From the human T2T-CHM13v2.0 reference genome, Homo sapiens: a stretch of 64,000 nt of DNA. The notes below the pieces were generated by a model. It ran no database searches, had not been told where the DNA came from, and saw nothing but the letters and a program-made list of their open reading frames with translations. Both the position numbers and the translations under genes were made by a program. Positions 13,328 through 26,831 of this stretch are shown in pieces. Every line of letters starts with the position of its first letter. The stretch's first letter is position 1. The DNA is taken from NCBI RefSeq assembly GCF_009914755.1, contig NC_060934.1, one strand, 5' to 3'.

Positions 13328-13785
13328 TGTAGCAGGACGAGCCACAGACAAAACTCCTCAGACACCGACTTAAAGAAGGAGGGGGTTTATTCAGCCGGGA
13401 GCATTGGCAGGACTCCTGTCTCAAGAACCAAGCTCCCTGAGTAAGCAATTCCTGTCCCTTTTAAGGGCTCACAACTCTAAGGGGGTGCACGTGAGAGGGT
13501 CGTGATCGATTGAGCAAGCAGGTGGTACGTGACTGGGGGCTGCATGCACTGGTAATTAGATAGGAACAAAACAGGATAGGGATTTCCACAGTGCTTTTCT
13601 ATAGAATGTCTGTAATCTATAGATAATATAACCGATGAGGTCGGGGGTCGATCTTTCACTACCAGGCCTAGGGTGTGGTGCTGGGCTGTCTGCCTGTGGA
13701 TTTCATTTCTGCCTTTTAGTTTTTACTTTTTCTTTCTTTGGAGGCAGAAATTGGGCATAAGGCAATATGAGGGGTGGAGCCCTTA
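13328..13785 (-). mobile_element. 5' LTR2 of provirus 1
   Basis: Direct repeat of 6265-6662; followed on the minus strand by tttcttggttcactgactggaa (degenerate tRNA-Glu PBS). Confidence 0.9.
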
Positions 13786-14014
13786 CTTTCTGGTATGCAT
13801 TTTTGTGTCAGTTTCTGCCCAATTCATTTGACATTCACATATTTATATGTGATACGCAAAGCATGTGGTATTTGTGCCATTTTTGTTTGTGTCTCTCTTT
13901 ATTTTAATGCAGGAGGAGTATGAGACCCAGAGAGATTAAGCAACTTGTCCAAATGTCACATAGCTCAATAGCCAGAGCAATAAGATGGCAGGAACACTTA
14001 GTCACATGAGCTTT

Positions 14015-14160
14015 GCAAGGCTTCTCAAACCATAAGATGTGTATGGAACACTGGGGATCTTGTTACAATGTGGATTCTGAATTCAGTAGGTCTCAGGGGC
14101 ACTAGGATTATGGATGCCAACAAGCTCCCAGAAGTTGCTACTGCTAATAGTTCTTGAATC
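14015..14160. mobile_element. MER5-type hAT fossil
   Basis: cttctcaaac...ggggatcttgttacaatgtggattctgaattcagtaggtct. Confidence 0.55.
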
Positions 14161-16220
14161 ATCTCTCACTATATCCTTCATAACACCGTGAGCATATCCT
14201 TCCCAATACTTCCCCCAATTGTAATTGCACCATTTCGGTATTCATTCATGTTCCCCACCAAGCTTTGAACTCCATGAGAACAGTAGCTGTGTTTTGTTTA
14301 CAACTTGGCCTGGCTGCCCAGCCCAATCTGGCAAAAAGGAACTGAATGAATATTTTTGAAGACTGAAGAAAAAAATGACCTATTGCCAATTATAAAGCCA
14401 CAACACTTGCATATTAAGACTCTTATTACTTGTTGAAAAAGGATGTTTATCATGTATCTTTTCTTGTCTCAAGTCACATTATGGTACCTAGTTGTAATTT
14501 CCAGCTCCCAAAATAACATAACCAAAAGACGCCCTGCGAGGTCAGCCAGTTTAGATCTATACCTCCAGCAGAACTATGCCTAGGTTCCTGTGGAACATAA
14601 TCACCTCCTTGGGCCAATGTGATGGGTTAATATGAGGTCATTCTAAGTGTAAGGGGGAGTGTAAGTTTGAAGGAAGCCACATCACTTTTGCTCCCACCTG
14701 AGGATAATAATGACAGCAATCTATCATAGATTAAAGGTTTCCCATATGCCAGGGACTGTACTAAGCACTTTGCGTCAGTTACTTCATTTCGTTTTCTCTA
14801 CAACCCTATGAGCTAGGCTCTCATTTTATAAGTAAGGAAGCTGAGAGACATAGGGCTGTCGAACTATAGGAAGTGACCCAAGCAGTCTGGCTTCAGAATA
14901 GATGATTCGGACCACCTTGTCTACTGCCTGGAAGTTCCCAGAGAAAAGAAACAACTGCCTGAAAACAGGAGTGACCTGATAATGGGTTCCAACAAATCTC
15001 AAATATAGGGGTTTGAGGAGAAGCACATCACATCAACAGGAGGTGGTCCTTATACCCCAAAGGTATGGTCTAATAATACAGTGTAGAGGAAGAATAGGAC
15101 GTTCTGCTACTGTTTTCAATTAACACTCAGTTTGACTCTATTTGGTTTGTGGTTAAATATACAACACTGCTGACAGGTTAAGTAAGAGCTGGTTAAAGGA
15201 TATGTCTCAAAGGTCCAGATTCCTTTCACACTTAATTAGATCTCTTATGAAACCTTGCATTAATGATTGGACCAAATCAAAGAAAACAATTATCACATAG
15301 AAGAACTCAGAATTTTGTTGAGTATGTGTGTCCAAAGTAAGAACTCAAAAAGTCTAAAGGACAGAGAGTCATTTGTTTTTCAAAAGCTTAAAAAGTAGAA
15401 GTTCAACAGTTATATTTTAACCCTGTGAGATAAAGCGGAAATGGAGAAAACAGGGGAAGAGAACACATTTTCGAGTGGGACATAAGAAAAAAGTAAACTT
15501 GATCTTTCTTCTTGATAAAAAAAAATGTTTAAATATGGAATAAGAAAACAGAGGCAATATTAAATACAGCAAGAGGAACTTGAATAAAGAATTACTGTAA
15601 GAAAAAGAGTTTAGCTCTACAGATTGGTTTTTAACTACACTTGTCTTATAAAGTTATTATTTACCTTTGGAGGCAACATATAGATTGTGAAGCCTCCGGA
15701 TCCGGTTCCAGACACTTCCTAGTGTTGGCCTCAAACTGGCACAATTCTTCCAAGATTCAGTTTCTTCATCTGTAAAATGGAGGCAAGAAGTGCCTGCCAC
15801 CTAGGGTTATTGTAAGCCTTAGATTAAATGACATAGAGTGAGCATTTAGTCCCAAATAGGAACTCAACATAGGTTATACTCTGCCTTCTCTCCTTTCTTA
15901 TAAGTTGTTTTCCTAAAAGAATCTCTTCTAAGTATTTTCATTCGTAAGTCTTTGTTGATAGAAATATTTCTCACTTATCCAATTGCCCAGGGTTAAGAAA
16001 AATAATCCACCTACAAACAGATGAAATATGTGTATAAGAAAATTGGTACAGCATATGTAAAGATTATGCTACTGGAATGTTAAACTTGGTATGTTAAAAA
16101 TAGAATTATATAAAATGTCACATAGGTACACATCCTAAAAAATCAACTTCACTCACAATCTCACGTATAAATTTTAGTCAATACACCAAATAACGACTAT
16201 GTTAAAAAAATCCAGAAGTT

Positions 16221-16551
<331 letters not shown>

Positions 16552-16743
16552 TAGAAGTTTCATGACTCAGTAGGATAGATGTTTTTGGGGAAAAAAATTC
16601 ACTTCAGTATATGTGAATGTTTCATAAACCATAAAGAACTAAACAATACACAATGTTGTTTGTATTGCAGTGTCCTGTTGGCTTCTAGAATAAATTGGCA
16701 ATGTCATAAAATGTGAGTCACTCAACAAGTTAAAATACAAATT

Positions 16744-16749
16744 TTTATT
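16744..16749 (-). terminator. MRLN: Polyadenylation signal AATAAA for MRLN
   Basis: tttatt on the + strand, about 46 nt past the stop codon. Confidence 0.7.
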
Positions 16750-16794
16750 CACTGTAATTCAGTTTGAAATGTACATGGAAAGGAAGTCAGCTTT

Positions 16795-17010
<216 letters not shown>

Positions 17011-18193
17011 TCAACTCAATCTAATATTTCCACTATAAAAAGATTGTGAACAAGGTAAGTCTTCCAGGGAATATTCCACACCTATTTGTAACCAATCAAT
17101 GAAATAAAATATTTTTCTCCCATTTATTTTGACCACTTTCTGTCAAAATCACAGGCTTTTCTCTATGCCAAACTTGCCTTTCTTTCTAAAACAAACAGCT
17201 CAAGGAACTTTCATAGTGGCCATTCCCTTTTCATGTTATCTGTAGTAAGTTTATTTATCAAGTATCTGCAGTCATTTCAATCATTTTTATTGGCATTGGT
17301 GAAGCTGCTATTCCTCTAACTTGTACTATTGGTGTTACCAGGAAGTGAGAATTTGAAGACATGAAAAAAGGCAGGTACTGATCAAAAAAAAAAAAAAAAA
17401 AAGGTATTTTTCTTTCCTCAAGATCCTGTCTGTCATGTTTTGGTTACTTACTAAGACATCAAACATTTAATTTCCTCCACATTTCTGTATTAATAAAACA
17501 GGTTTTAAAAACTACCTGGAATTTGTGGTCTGCATTCCACATTGTTGGAACAGTTTACCAAACGTCTGTTAGGCAGGACATTTAGAACCATTCTTAATCC
17601 CTTTTACAGGGGATGTAAAGGCAAATAAGTGGTTTTCAAAGCCTTACACCAAAGTTCCCCATATATACTCAACTTAAAATGAACGTCAGTATCAAAAACG
17701 TGGCAAGATTTGGGTAGTAAAATATTTCATCTACTATTTTCACCCCAAAATAAAAAAGGCAGGTAGACTTTTAAGAGAGAATAAGAAAAAGAGAAGGGGA
17801 AAGAAATGAGTACTCTGCCAGTGTTGTCTACTCCCATTTTGAGCTATCTTGATAATTTCTGTAATAAATTGCTCCATTCCTAGAGAAGGGAATTACTTGC
17901 CCCAAATTATACAATAATCATTAGCAAAAGAAACACCTAGAATTTTCCCTGCATGCAACAATTCCTTTTGCCTGTGTTTCAGCAACAAGGAGCAAAAATA
18001 ATACATGGGTTTGCAAAGTGATTTTCCTTCTCTCCAGAAACCTCAAACTCCAGCTTGTGTTTCTTCAGTCTGTGGCTCCCAGGGGTACCTTCAACTCTCT
18101 CCAAATAGAGTAAGAGAGAGACTGAAATAAGAAGTGAGGAGGGGAATAGACAATTAGTGAGGAATGAGGAGTGAGTAGAGACCCATTTCTCAC

Positions 18194-18297
18194 CTGAATT
18201 AATCCCAGGTAGTGGTAGGTAACACGGCTTCTCAGTTTTCTGCTCTTGCCAGAACAAAGTGTATTCAGCACAGGTGGTCTCTTAGCAACCTTGATTC
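18194..18297 (-). other. MRLN: MRLN internal 5'UTR exon (104 nt)
   Basis: Acceptor ctttttgctatgatttgacacAG|G and donor CAG|GTGAGA, in unique sequence 1.2 kb upstream of the coding exon. Confidence 0.8.
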
Positions 18298-18574
18298 CTG
18301 TGTCAAATCATAGCAAAAAGTTTTACTGGACAGTGAGGTAGTGTAGGAAGTGGAGGGGCAGGGAGCCTACACAGAAAAACTTCTAAAATTGTTTTCAAAA
18401 CTAGATTGGAAGGAGATGTCTAAGAGTGAACTTTTGAAAATATGACACTTTAATTTCTGTTTATCCCAGAATTGTAGAGCTTAAAACTGAACATTGGACA
18501 GAAAGATTAAGCTAAATTCTAGGATTTTCCTGGTGGGGCAAACATTCACCACACTTTTTAAAGAAGTAATTCCC

Positions 18575-18882
18575 GACCGGGCACGGTGGCTCACGCCTGT
18601 AATCCCAGCACTTTGGAAGGCCAAAGCGGGCAGATCACAAGGTCAGGAGTTCGAGACCAGCCTGACCAATATGGTGAAACCCCGTCTCTACTAAAAGTAC
18701 AAAAAAAATTAGCCGGGCATGGTGGTGCTCACCTGTAATCCCAGCTACTCAGGAGGCCAAGGTAGGAGTATTGTTTGAACCCAGGAGGCGGAGGTTGCGG
18801 TAAGCCGAGATGGTGCCACTGCACTCCAGCCTGGGCGACAGAGGGAGATTCCGTCTCAAAAAAAAAAAAAGAAAAGAAAAGA
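18575..18882 (+). mobile_element. AluS
   Basis: Full dimer, A tail, TSD taattccc. Confidence 0.92.
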
Positions 18883-19011
18883 AATAATTCCCTAAAAATT
18901 GTCTGAAACCAAGGCTTTAATATCTTCATGACAAAACAACAATTACAACCAGAAAAGCCTTCGTATGTAAGTGACCATAACTCATGAGATTGTGTGCCTA
19001 TTTTTTAAGTA

Positions 19012-19364
19012 CAGTCATCCCTCAGTACCCATGAGGGATTAGTTCTAGAATACCCCACAGATACAGTAACCATGGATACCAAAATCCATAAATGCTCAAG
19101 TCCCTGATATAAATGGCATAGTATTTACATATAAACTACACATATCCTCCCATATGCTGTAAATCATCTCCATACGTTACTTATAATACCTAATACAATA
19201 TAAGTGCTATGTAAATAGCTGTTATGCTGTATTGTATACAAAACAATGACAAGAAAAAAAGTCTGTACATATGCAATAGAGATACATAGTTTTTTCAAAA
19301 TATTTTCAATCTGTGGTTGGTTGAATCCATGGATATGGAACCCATGGATCTGGAGGGCCAACTG
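19012..19364. mobile_element. MER2 (Tigger family) non-autonomous DNA transposon
   Basis: TIRs cagtcatccctc and gagggccaactg, flanked by TA. Confidence 0.85.
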
Positions 19365-19546
19365 TATTATGTTTTAGTATTTTGTATCATTTTTACAAAC
19401 AAATTAGAAAATGGAGTGAATTTATTACAAAAGACAAGGCTATAAAATCTGATTGCTGTCTCCTTTAACCATGTGCAGTCACACACTGCATAATGACTTG
19501 AGTCAATGAAGGACTGGCAGTAGTCCCATGAGATTATAACAGAGTT

Positions 19547-19840
19547 GGCTGGGCACAGTGGCTCACGCCTGTAATCCCAGCACTTTGGGAGGCCAAGGCG
19601 GGTGGATCACAAGGTCGGGAGTTCAAGACCAGCCTGGCCAAGATGGTGACACCCTGTCTATACTAAAAATACAAAAATTAGCCGGGCATGGTGGCAGGCG
19701 CCTGTAATCCCAGCTACTTGGGAGGCTGAGGCAGAGAATTGCTTGAACCTAGGAGGTGGAGGCTGCAGTGAGCTGAGATCGCGCCACTGCACTCCAGCCT
19801 GGGAGATGGAGTGAGACTCCATCTTAAAAAAAAAAAAAAA
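19547..19840 (+). mobile_element. AluS (Sg-like)
   Basis: Full dimer; TSD agattataacagagtt. Confidence 0.93.
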
Positions 19841-20494
19841 GATTATAACAGAGTTGTAAAATTCCTATGTCTTAGTGAAGTCATAGTTGTTATAATGTCA
19901 TAGCACAATGCATTACTCATGTGTTTGTGGTGATGCTGCTATAAACAAACCTACAGCACTGCCAGTCCTGTGAAACCACAGCATGTACAATGATGTATGG
20001 TACATAATACTTGATAATGATAAAAAATGACTGTGTTAATAGTTGTATTGACTATACTATACTTTTTATTATTTTAGAGTGCACTCCTTGTCCTTATCTT
20101 TTTAAAAGTTAACTGTAAAACAGCCCCAGGTAGGTCCTTGAGGTATTCCAGAAGAAGGCATCATTATCACAGGAGATGACAGCTCCATGCATGCTATTGT
20201 CCCTGAAGACCTTCCAGTGGGACAAGATGCCGACGTGGACGACAGTGATATTAATGATCCTGGCCCTGTGCAGACCTAGGCTAATGTGTGTGTTTGTGTC
20301 TTATAAGAAAAAAAATTAAAAATTTTGATAGAAAAAAGCTTATAGAATTAGGATATAAAGAAAGAAAATGTTTGTGTACAGCCATACAATGTGTTTGTGC
20401 TTTAAGCTAAGTATTATTATTATTATGAAAGAGTCAAAACATTAAGAAAATTAAAAAGTTTATAAAGTAAAAAATTGCAGTATATGAAATTTAA

Positions 20495-20830
<336 letters not shown>

Positions 20831-21085
20831 TATTTCTTTATTCTGAAACTTAATTTATTACTGATGAAAGAAAAAAATGATAAATAAATTTAGTGTAGCC
20901 TAAGTGTACAGTGTTCACAAAGTCTAGAGTAGTGTACAGGAATGTCCTAGGCCTTCAAATTCACTCACCATTCACTCAGTGACTCACCCAGTGCAACTTC
21001 CAGTCCTGCAAGCTCCATTCATGGGAAGTGCCCTATACAGGTGTACCACTGTTTATCTTTTATACCACATTTTTACTGTACATTT

Positions 21086-21757
<672 letters not shown>

Positions 21758-21789
21758 TTGATGATATTAAAATGTTTAAATATGATTAT

Positions 21790-22375
21790 AACTCCTACTT
21801 ATAACCACCCATTACACTCCTAAGTGTATCCCCCACCAGAATGCATGGCTATCTGCCTACCAAGACACATATCCAAACATTGTAATAGCTTCAATATGGA
21901 AACAACTTAAATGCCATTAGTACACGGATAAATTGTGGCATAGTCATATAATGGAATATTATATAATAGTAAAAATTAAACTACAGCTATAGACAAAAAC
22001 AAAGATGAATCTTACAAATATACCATTGAATTTTAAAATACAAAAACAGGTGAATCTAATAAAGATAGCATTGAATTTTAAAAAGCAAGACACAAAAGAC
22101 AACAGCGTAAGTACATTTATATAAACTAGAAAAATAGAGTTAAAGTGCATGGTTTAGGGGTATATATATGGTTGGCAGTAATGCAAGTGGTAAATTTATC
22201 AAGAAAAGAAAGAGATTTGCTACCACAAAATCAGAGTAGTCCTGACTTTAGGGAGTATAGGGGAAGGAAACAGGCAAGAGATTCCAACAGTGTTTCATCT
22301 CTTGTCCTGGGTGGTGGTTATACTAGCAATCACTTTTTAACTGTTTATTAAACTGTACATAGAAGCTTCATGTGA
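21790..22375 (+). mobile_element. Old L1M (L1ME-like) 3' fragment
   Basis: tggaaacaacttaaatgcc...ggataaattgtggcatagtcatataatggaatattat. Confidence 0.6.
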
Positions 22376-22379
22376 TTTA

Positions 22380-22787
<408 letters not shown>

Positions 22788-23392
22788 TAGACTTCATAAT
22801 TAAAATACTAAACAAAATAAAAGACCAGAGAGAAATAAATCCAAATGTCAATAGTGGCCATAGTTGTGAAGTTTGGGTGGAAGGAATTTGGGTGATTTTC
22901 TTTTCCCTCTGCTGTTTCCATTTCTCACTGCCACCCGCCCCCGCCCCCCACCACACCTTGCTGTTTCCATTTCTCACATTCATTCATTTAAAAGGATATT
23001 GCCTATATAACTTCAGAACACTAAGGAAAGTAGTCTCATTACTGTTAGTCTTCCTCCCTCTGATATATTTCAAAGTAATTTATACTGATTTTATTTTTGT
23101 CAAACCAATCATTATAACAAATATGAATGAAAGGAAAATTACATTTATCAACGAAACATTTTAATGAAAGTATGTAACTTCTATGATAAGGCAAATCTCT
23201 TCCACCATGAGGAACAGGAACCAGGGGTTCCTGTTTGGTTTTTGCCCTTGATGTTAGGTCTGTTTCTAGATCTAAATAATTGGAAGGACACAAATTTGTC
23301 TCATCACAAGTTTCCTAACACACCCAGGTTTTACTGTGGATTAAAATTATGAGTCACATGGTGCTTGGATTTACATTGAAAATGAATCATGG

Positions 23393-24874
23393 GTCGTTCC
23401 CCCTCCGCCTCCCCCTCCCTCTTTGCATGGTCTCCCTCTGATGCCCAGCCGAGGCTGGACTGTACTGCTGCCATCTCGACTCACTGCAACCTCCCTGCCT
23501 GATTCTCCTGCCTCAGCCTGCCGAGTGCCTGGGATTGCAGGTGCGCGCCGCCACGCCTGACTGGTTTTCGTATTTTTTGGTGGAGACGGGGTTTCGCCAT
23601 GTTGGCCGGGCTGGTCTCCAGCTCCTGACCATGAGTGATCTGCCAGCCTCCGCCTCTCAGGTGCCGGGATTGTAGACGGAGTCTGGCTCACTCAGTGCTC
23701 AATGTTGCCCAGGCTGGAGTGCAGTGGCGTGATCTCGGCTCGCTACAACCGCCACCTCCCAGCCGCCTGCCTTGGCCTCCCAAAGTGCCGAGATTGCAGC
23801 CTCTGCCCGGCCGCCACCCCGTCTAGGAAGTGAGGAGTGCCTCTGCCTGGCTGCCCATCATCTGGGATGTGAGGAGCCCCTCTGCCTGGCCGCCCAGTCT
23901 GGGAAGTGAGGAGCACCTCTTCCCGGCCGTCATCCTGTCTAGGAAGTGAGGAGCGTCTCTGCCCGGCCACCCATTGTCTAGGATGTGGGGAGCGCCTCTG
24001 CCCCACCGTCCCGTCTGAGATGTGAAGAGTGCCTCTGCCCGGCCGCGACCCCGTCTGGGAACTGAGGAGTGTCTCTGCCCCGCCGCCACCCGTCTGGGAG
24101 GTGAGGAGTGTCTCTGACCAGCTGCTCCGTCTGAGAAGTGAGGACCCCCTCCGCCCGGCAGCTGCCCCTTCAGGGAGGCGGGGAGCAGCCGCGCCCGGCC
24201 AGCCGCCCCGTCCGGGAGGTGGGGGGCAGCCCCCGCCCGGCCGCCACCCCGTCTGGGAGGTGGGGGGGCGCGCCTCTGCCCAGCCGCCCCTACTGGGAAG
24301 TGAGGAGCCCCTCTGCCCAGCCGCCACCCGGTCTGGGAGGTGTACCCAACAGCTCATTGAAAACGGGCCATGATGAAGATGGCGGTTTTGTCGAATAGAA
24401 AAGGGGGAAATGTGGGGAAAAGAAAGAGAGATCAGATTGTTACTGTGTCTGTGTAGAAAGAAGTAGACATAGGAGACTCCATTGTGTTCTGTACTAAGAA
24501 AAATTCTTCTGCCTTGGGATGCTGTTAATCTATAACCTTACCCCCAACTCTGTGCTCTCTGAAACATGTTCTGTGTCCACTAAGGGTTAAATGGATTAAG
24601 GGCGGTGCAAGATGTGCTTTGTTACACAGATGCTTGAAGGCAGCATACTCGTTAAGAGTCATCACCACTCCCTAATCTCAAATACCCAGGGACACAAACA
24701 CGGCCGAAGGCAGCAGGGCCCTCTGCCTAGGAAAACCGGAGACCTTTGTTCACATGTTTATCTGCTGACCTTCCCTCCACTATTGTCCTATGACCCTGCC
24801 AAATCCCCCTCTCTGAGAAACACCCAAGAATGATCAATAAATACTAAAAAAAAAATAAAATAAAATAAAAAAAA
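23393..24874 (+). mobile_element. SVA retrotransposon (older, SVA_B/C-like) in MRLN intron 1, antisense to the gene
   Basis: Short CCCTCC head, antisense Alu-like region, GC-rich VNTR (about 23800-24340), SINE-R, AATAAA plus A tail; 15-bp TSD GAAAATGAATCATGG at 23378-23392 and 24875-24889. Confidence 0.95.
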
Positions 24875-26541
24875 GAAAATGAATCATGGTAGTGTTTCTT
24901 CTTTAGGATTGAAGGGGCATTTGTTGAAGAGAATAGCTATTTAACAGCAGTAATTTTCAGGATGAAATATTTCCTAGTTTTTATCTGATAGAAACATGTA
25001 CCAAAAAATATACACAAATTTTAAACAAGTTAGGACACCTTAAAAACTATGCTACAACTTACTGAATGTGTTTATCTCAGGACCTTGGTCTTATCTCCAA
25101 CGTAATGTTTTAACATCATAGTTAAAATGACATGACCTTCCATTTCTGATATGACAGCTGAGGTTATTTTGGGTCAGATTTTTTTTATGTTGAAACTTCA
25201 GATGACGGCAAATAATTCCCCCCCCCACCCCCCACCCCCCACCATGTGAACACCTCTGCCTTTCTTTTCCTCATTTCTAGAGGCCATTGGGAGTCACTTT
25301 ATTATTTTATAGACTGTTGTACTGAAAGTAGAATGGATACTCTCATCTAGTTTATAAGTTTTTATTTCTTCCTTTGATTGTATCAAGATTCAGGTCCAAA
25401 TAATCTAATTTAAATTGACCTGTTCATTGCTTATTAGATAGTTGAGGAGTGGTATCCCACAGAGTTAGACAAATGAGAGTAGCAGGAACCCCTGGTTTCT
25501 AGGAGCTGGACTTCATTGTATCCTCTGTTCTTCACTCTGCCACCAGTTTGTAAGCCCTTGCCTTTGAAGTCAACTCTGACTCCAGGGACCATAAGAACAA
25601 TGTATTTTCTAAATGGCTTGGTCCCCTGGCAAAAAAAACCACAACAACAAAAAAACAAACAACAACAAAAAAATCCCTCTATTATATAAAAGTATTACGA
25701 GTTCTGAGACTTCACACTTTTCTCAATTTCTCCTAACCTCTAACATTTCTCTTTATTAAGTGTGGATTTTTGGTTAGGACAAAGTACAAAATGAATATAC
25801 TTTGCAAAGTCCCTTTTTCACTCAAAATAAAAACACTTTTCATTGGATTCAAGTTTATAATCTTAAACACATCAGTCACACTTCAAAAATATTTTCTTTT
25901 TTAATAAAAATTTTCTAACCCTTCTCCTTGTTTCAATCAATGTCTAACAGTTAAGATAATATTGATAGAAGTTCCCTAGAGGCATATGTTGAAAAATGAG
26001 ACACAGTTGAAATCTGTCCACTTTTGCTTAATAAGCTACTTAAGTAAATAATATTATAATAACCACCATTTATTGAGGGTCTATTATGTGCCAGGCGCTG
26101 CTTATGCACAACTGGGAGATGAAGGACTTTGAGTATTCTGTGCCATAGTTTAGAAACTAATCCAGTACTTCAGCTTCCAGATGCCATGCTCTTTCAACTA
26201 TACTGATTTATTCATGTTTTAAAATGAAAAGTTACTTTTGAAAAGATCTACATTATAATGGAAATGGACTATACTGGCATGGAAACATCACATAATTATT
26301 AATGGCCATGCTCCTTCTTCAGTCCTGGATCCTTTCTATATAAGTGAGCTGGTTGTGGATGGGATGGAAGGGCTGACAGTTACCCCTCTGGCCCTGATAA
26401 CCCCAAATTTGCCGGAATTCACTTTATAACAGTTAGTTGCTAATTTATTCACATCAAAACAATCTGCCCTTTGTAAATGGGACATTGCCCAGATCACAAC
26501 TGTGAGCTCACTATTTAACAACAAATTTAGCTGAAAGTACA

Positions 26542-26831
26542 GTTTTTTTGTTTTTGCTCTTGTTGCCCAGGCTGGAGTCCAATGGCACGATGTCGGCTCA
26601 CTGCACACTGCAGCCTCCACCTCCCGGATTCAAGTGATTCTCCTGCCTCAGCCTCCTGAGTAGCTGGGATTACAGGCATGCACCACCACGTCTGGCTAAT
26701 TTTTGTATTTTTAGTAGAGATGGGGTTTCTCCATGTTGGTCAGGCTGGTCTTGAACTCCCAACCTCAGGTGATCCGTCCGCCTCATCCTCCCAAAGTGCT
26801 GGGATTACAGGCGTGAGCCACTGCTCCCAGC
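26542..26831 (-). mobile_element. AluS (Sp/Sq-like)
   Basis: Alu body; TSD aagtacag. Confidence 0.9.

Larger units (their letters stand above)
6265..13785 (-). mobile_element. Harlequin/HERV-E-type provirus with LTR2 LTRs, structurally complete but non-coding
   Basis: Two LTRs (6265-6662 and 13328-13785), 4-bp TSD CTTT (6261-6264 and 13786-13789), Glu-type PBS, polypurine tract at 6663-6680, and gag, pol and env remnants. Confidence 0.9.

Noticed and set aside
21995-22085. ~45-bp imperfect tandem duplication
   Set aside because: A local slippage duplication within an old L1M fragment, with no sign of function
23371-24398. Long GC-rich ORFs of up to 204 aa
   Set aside because: They are translations of the SVA Alu-like and VNTR regions
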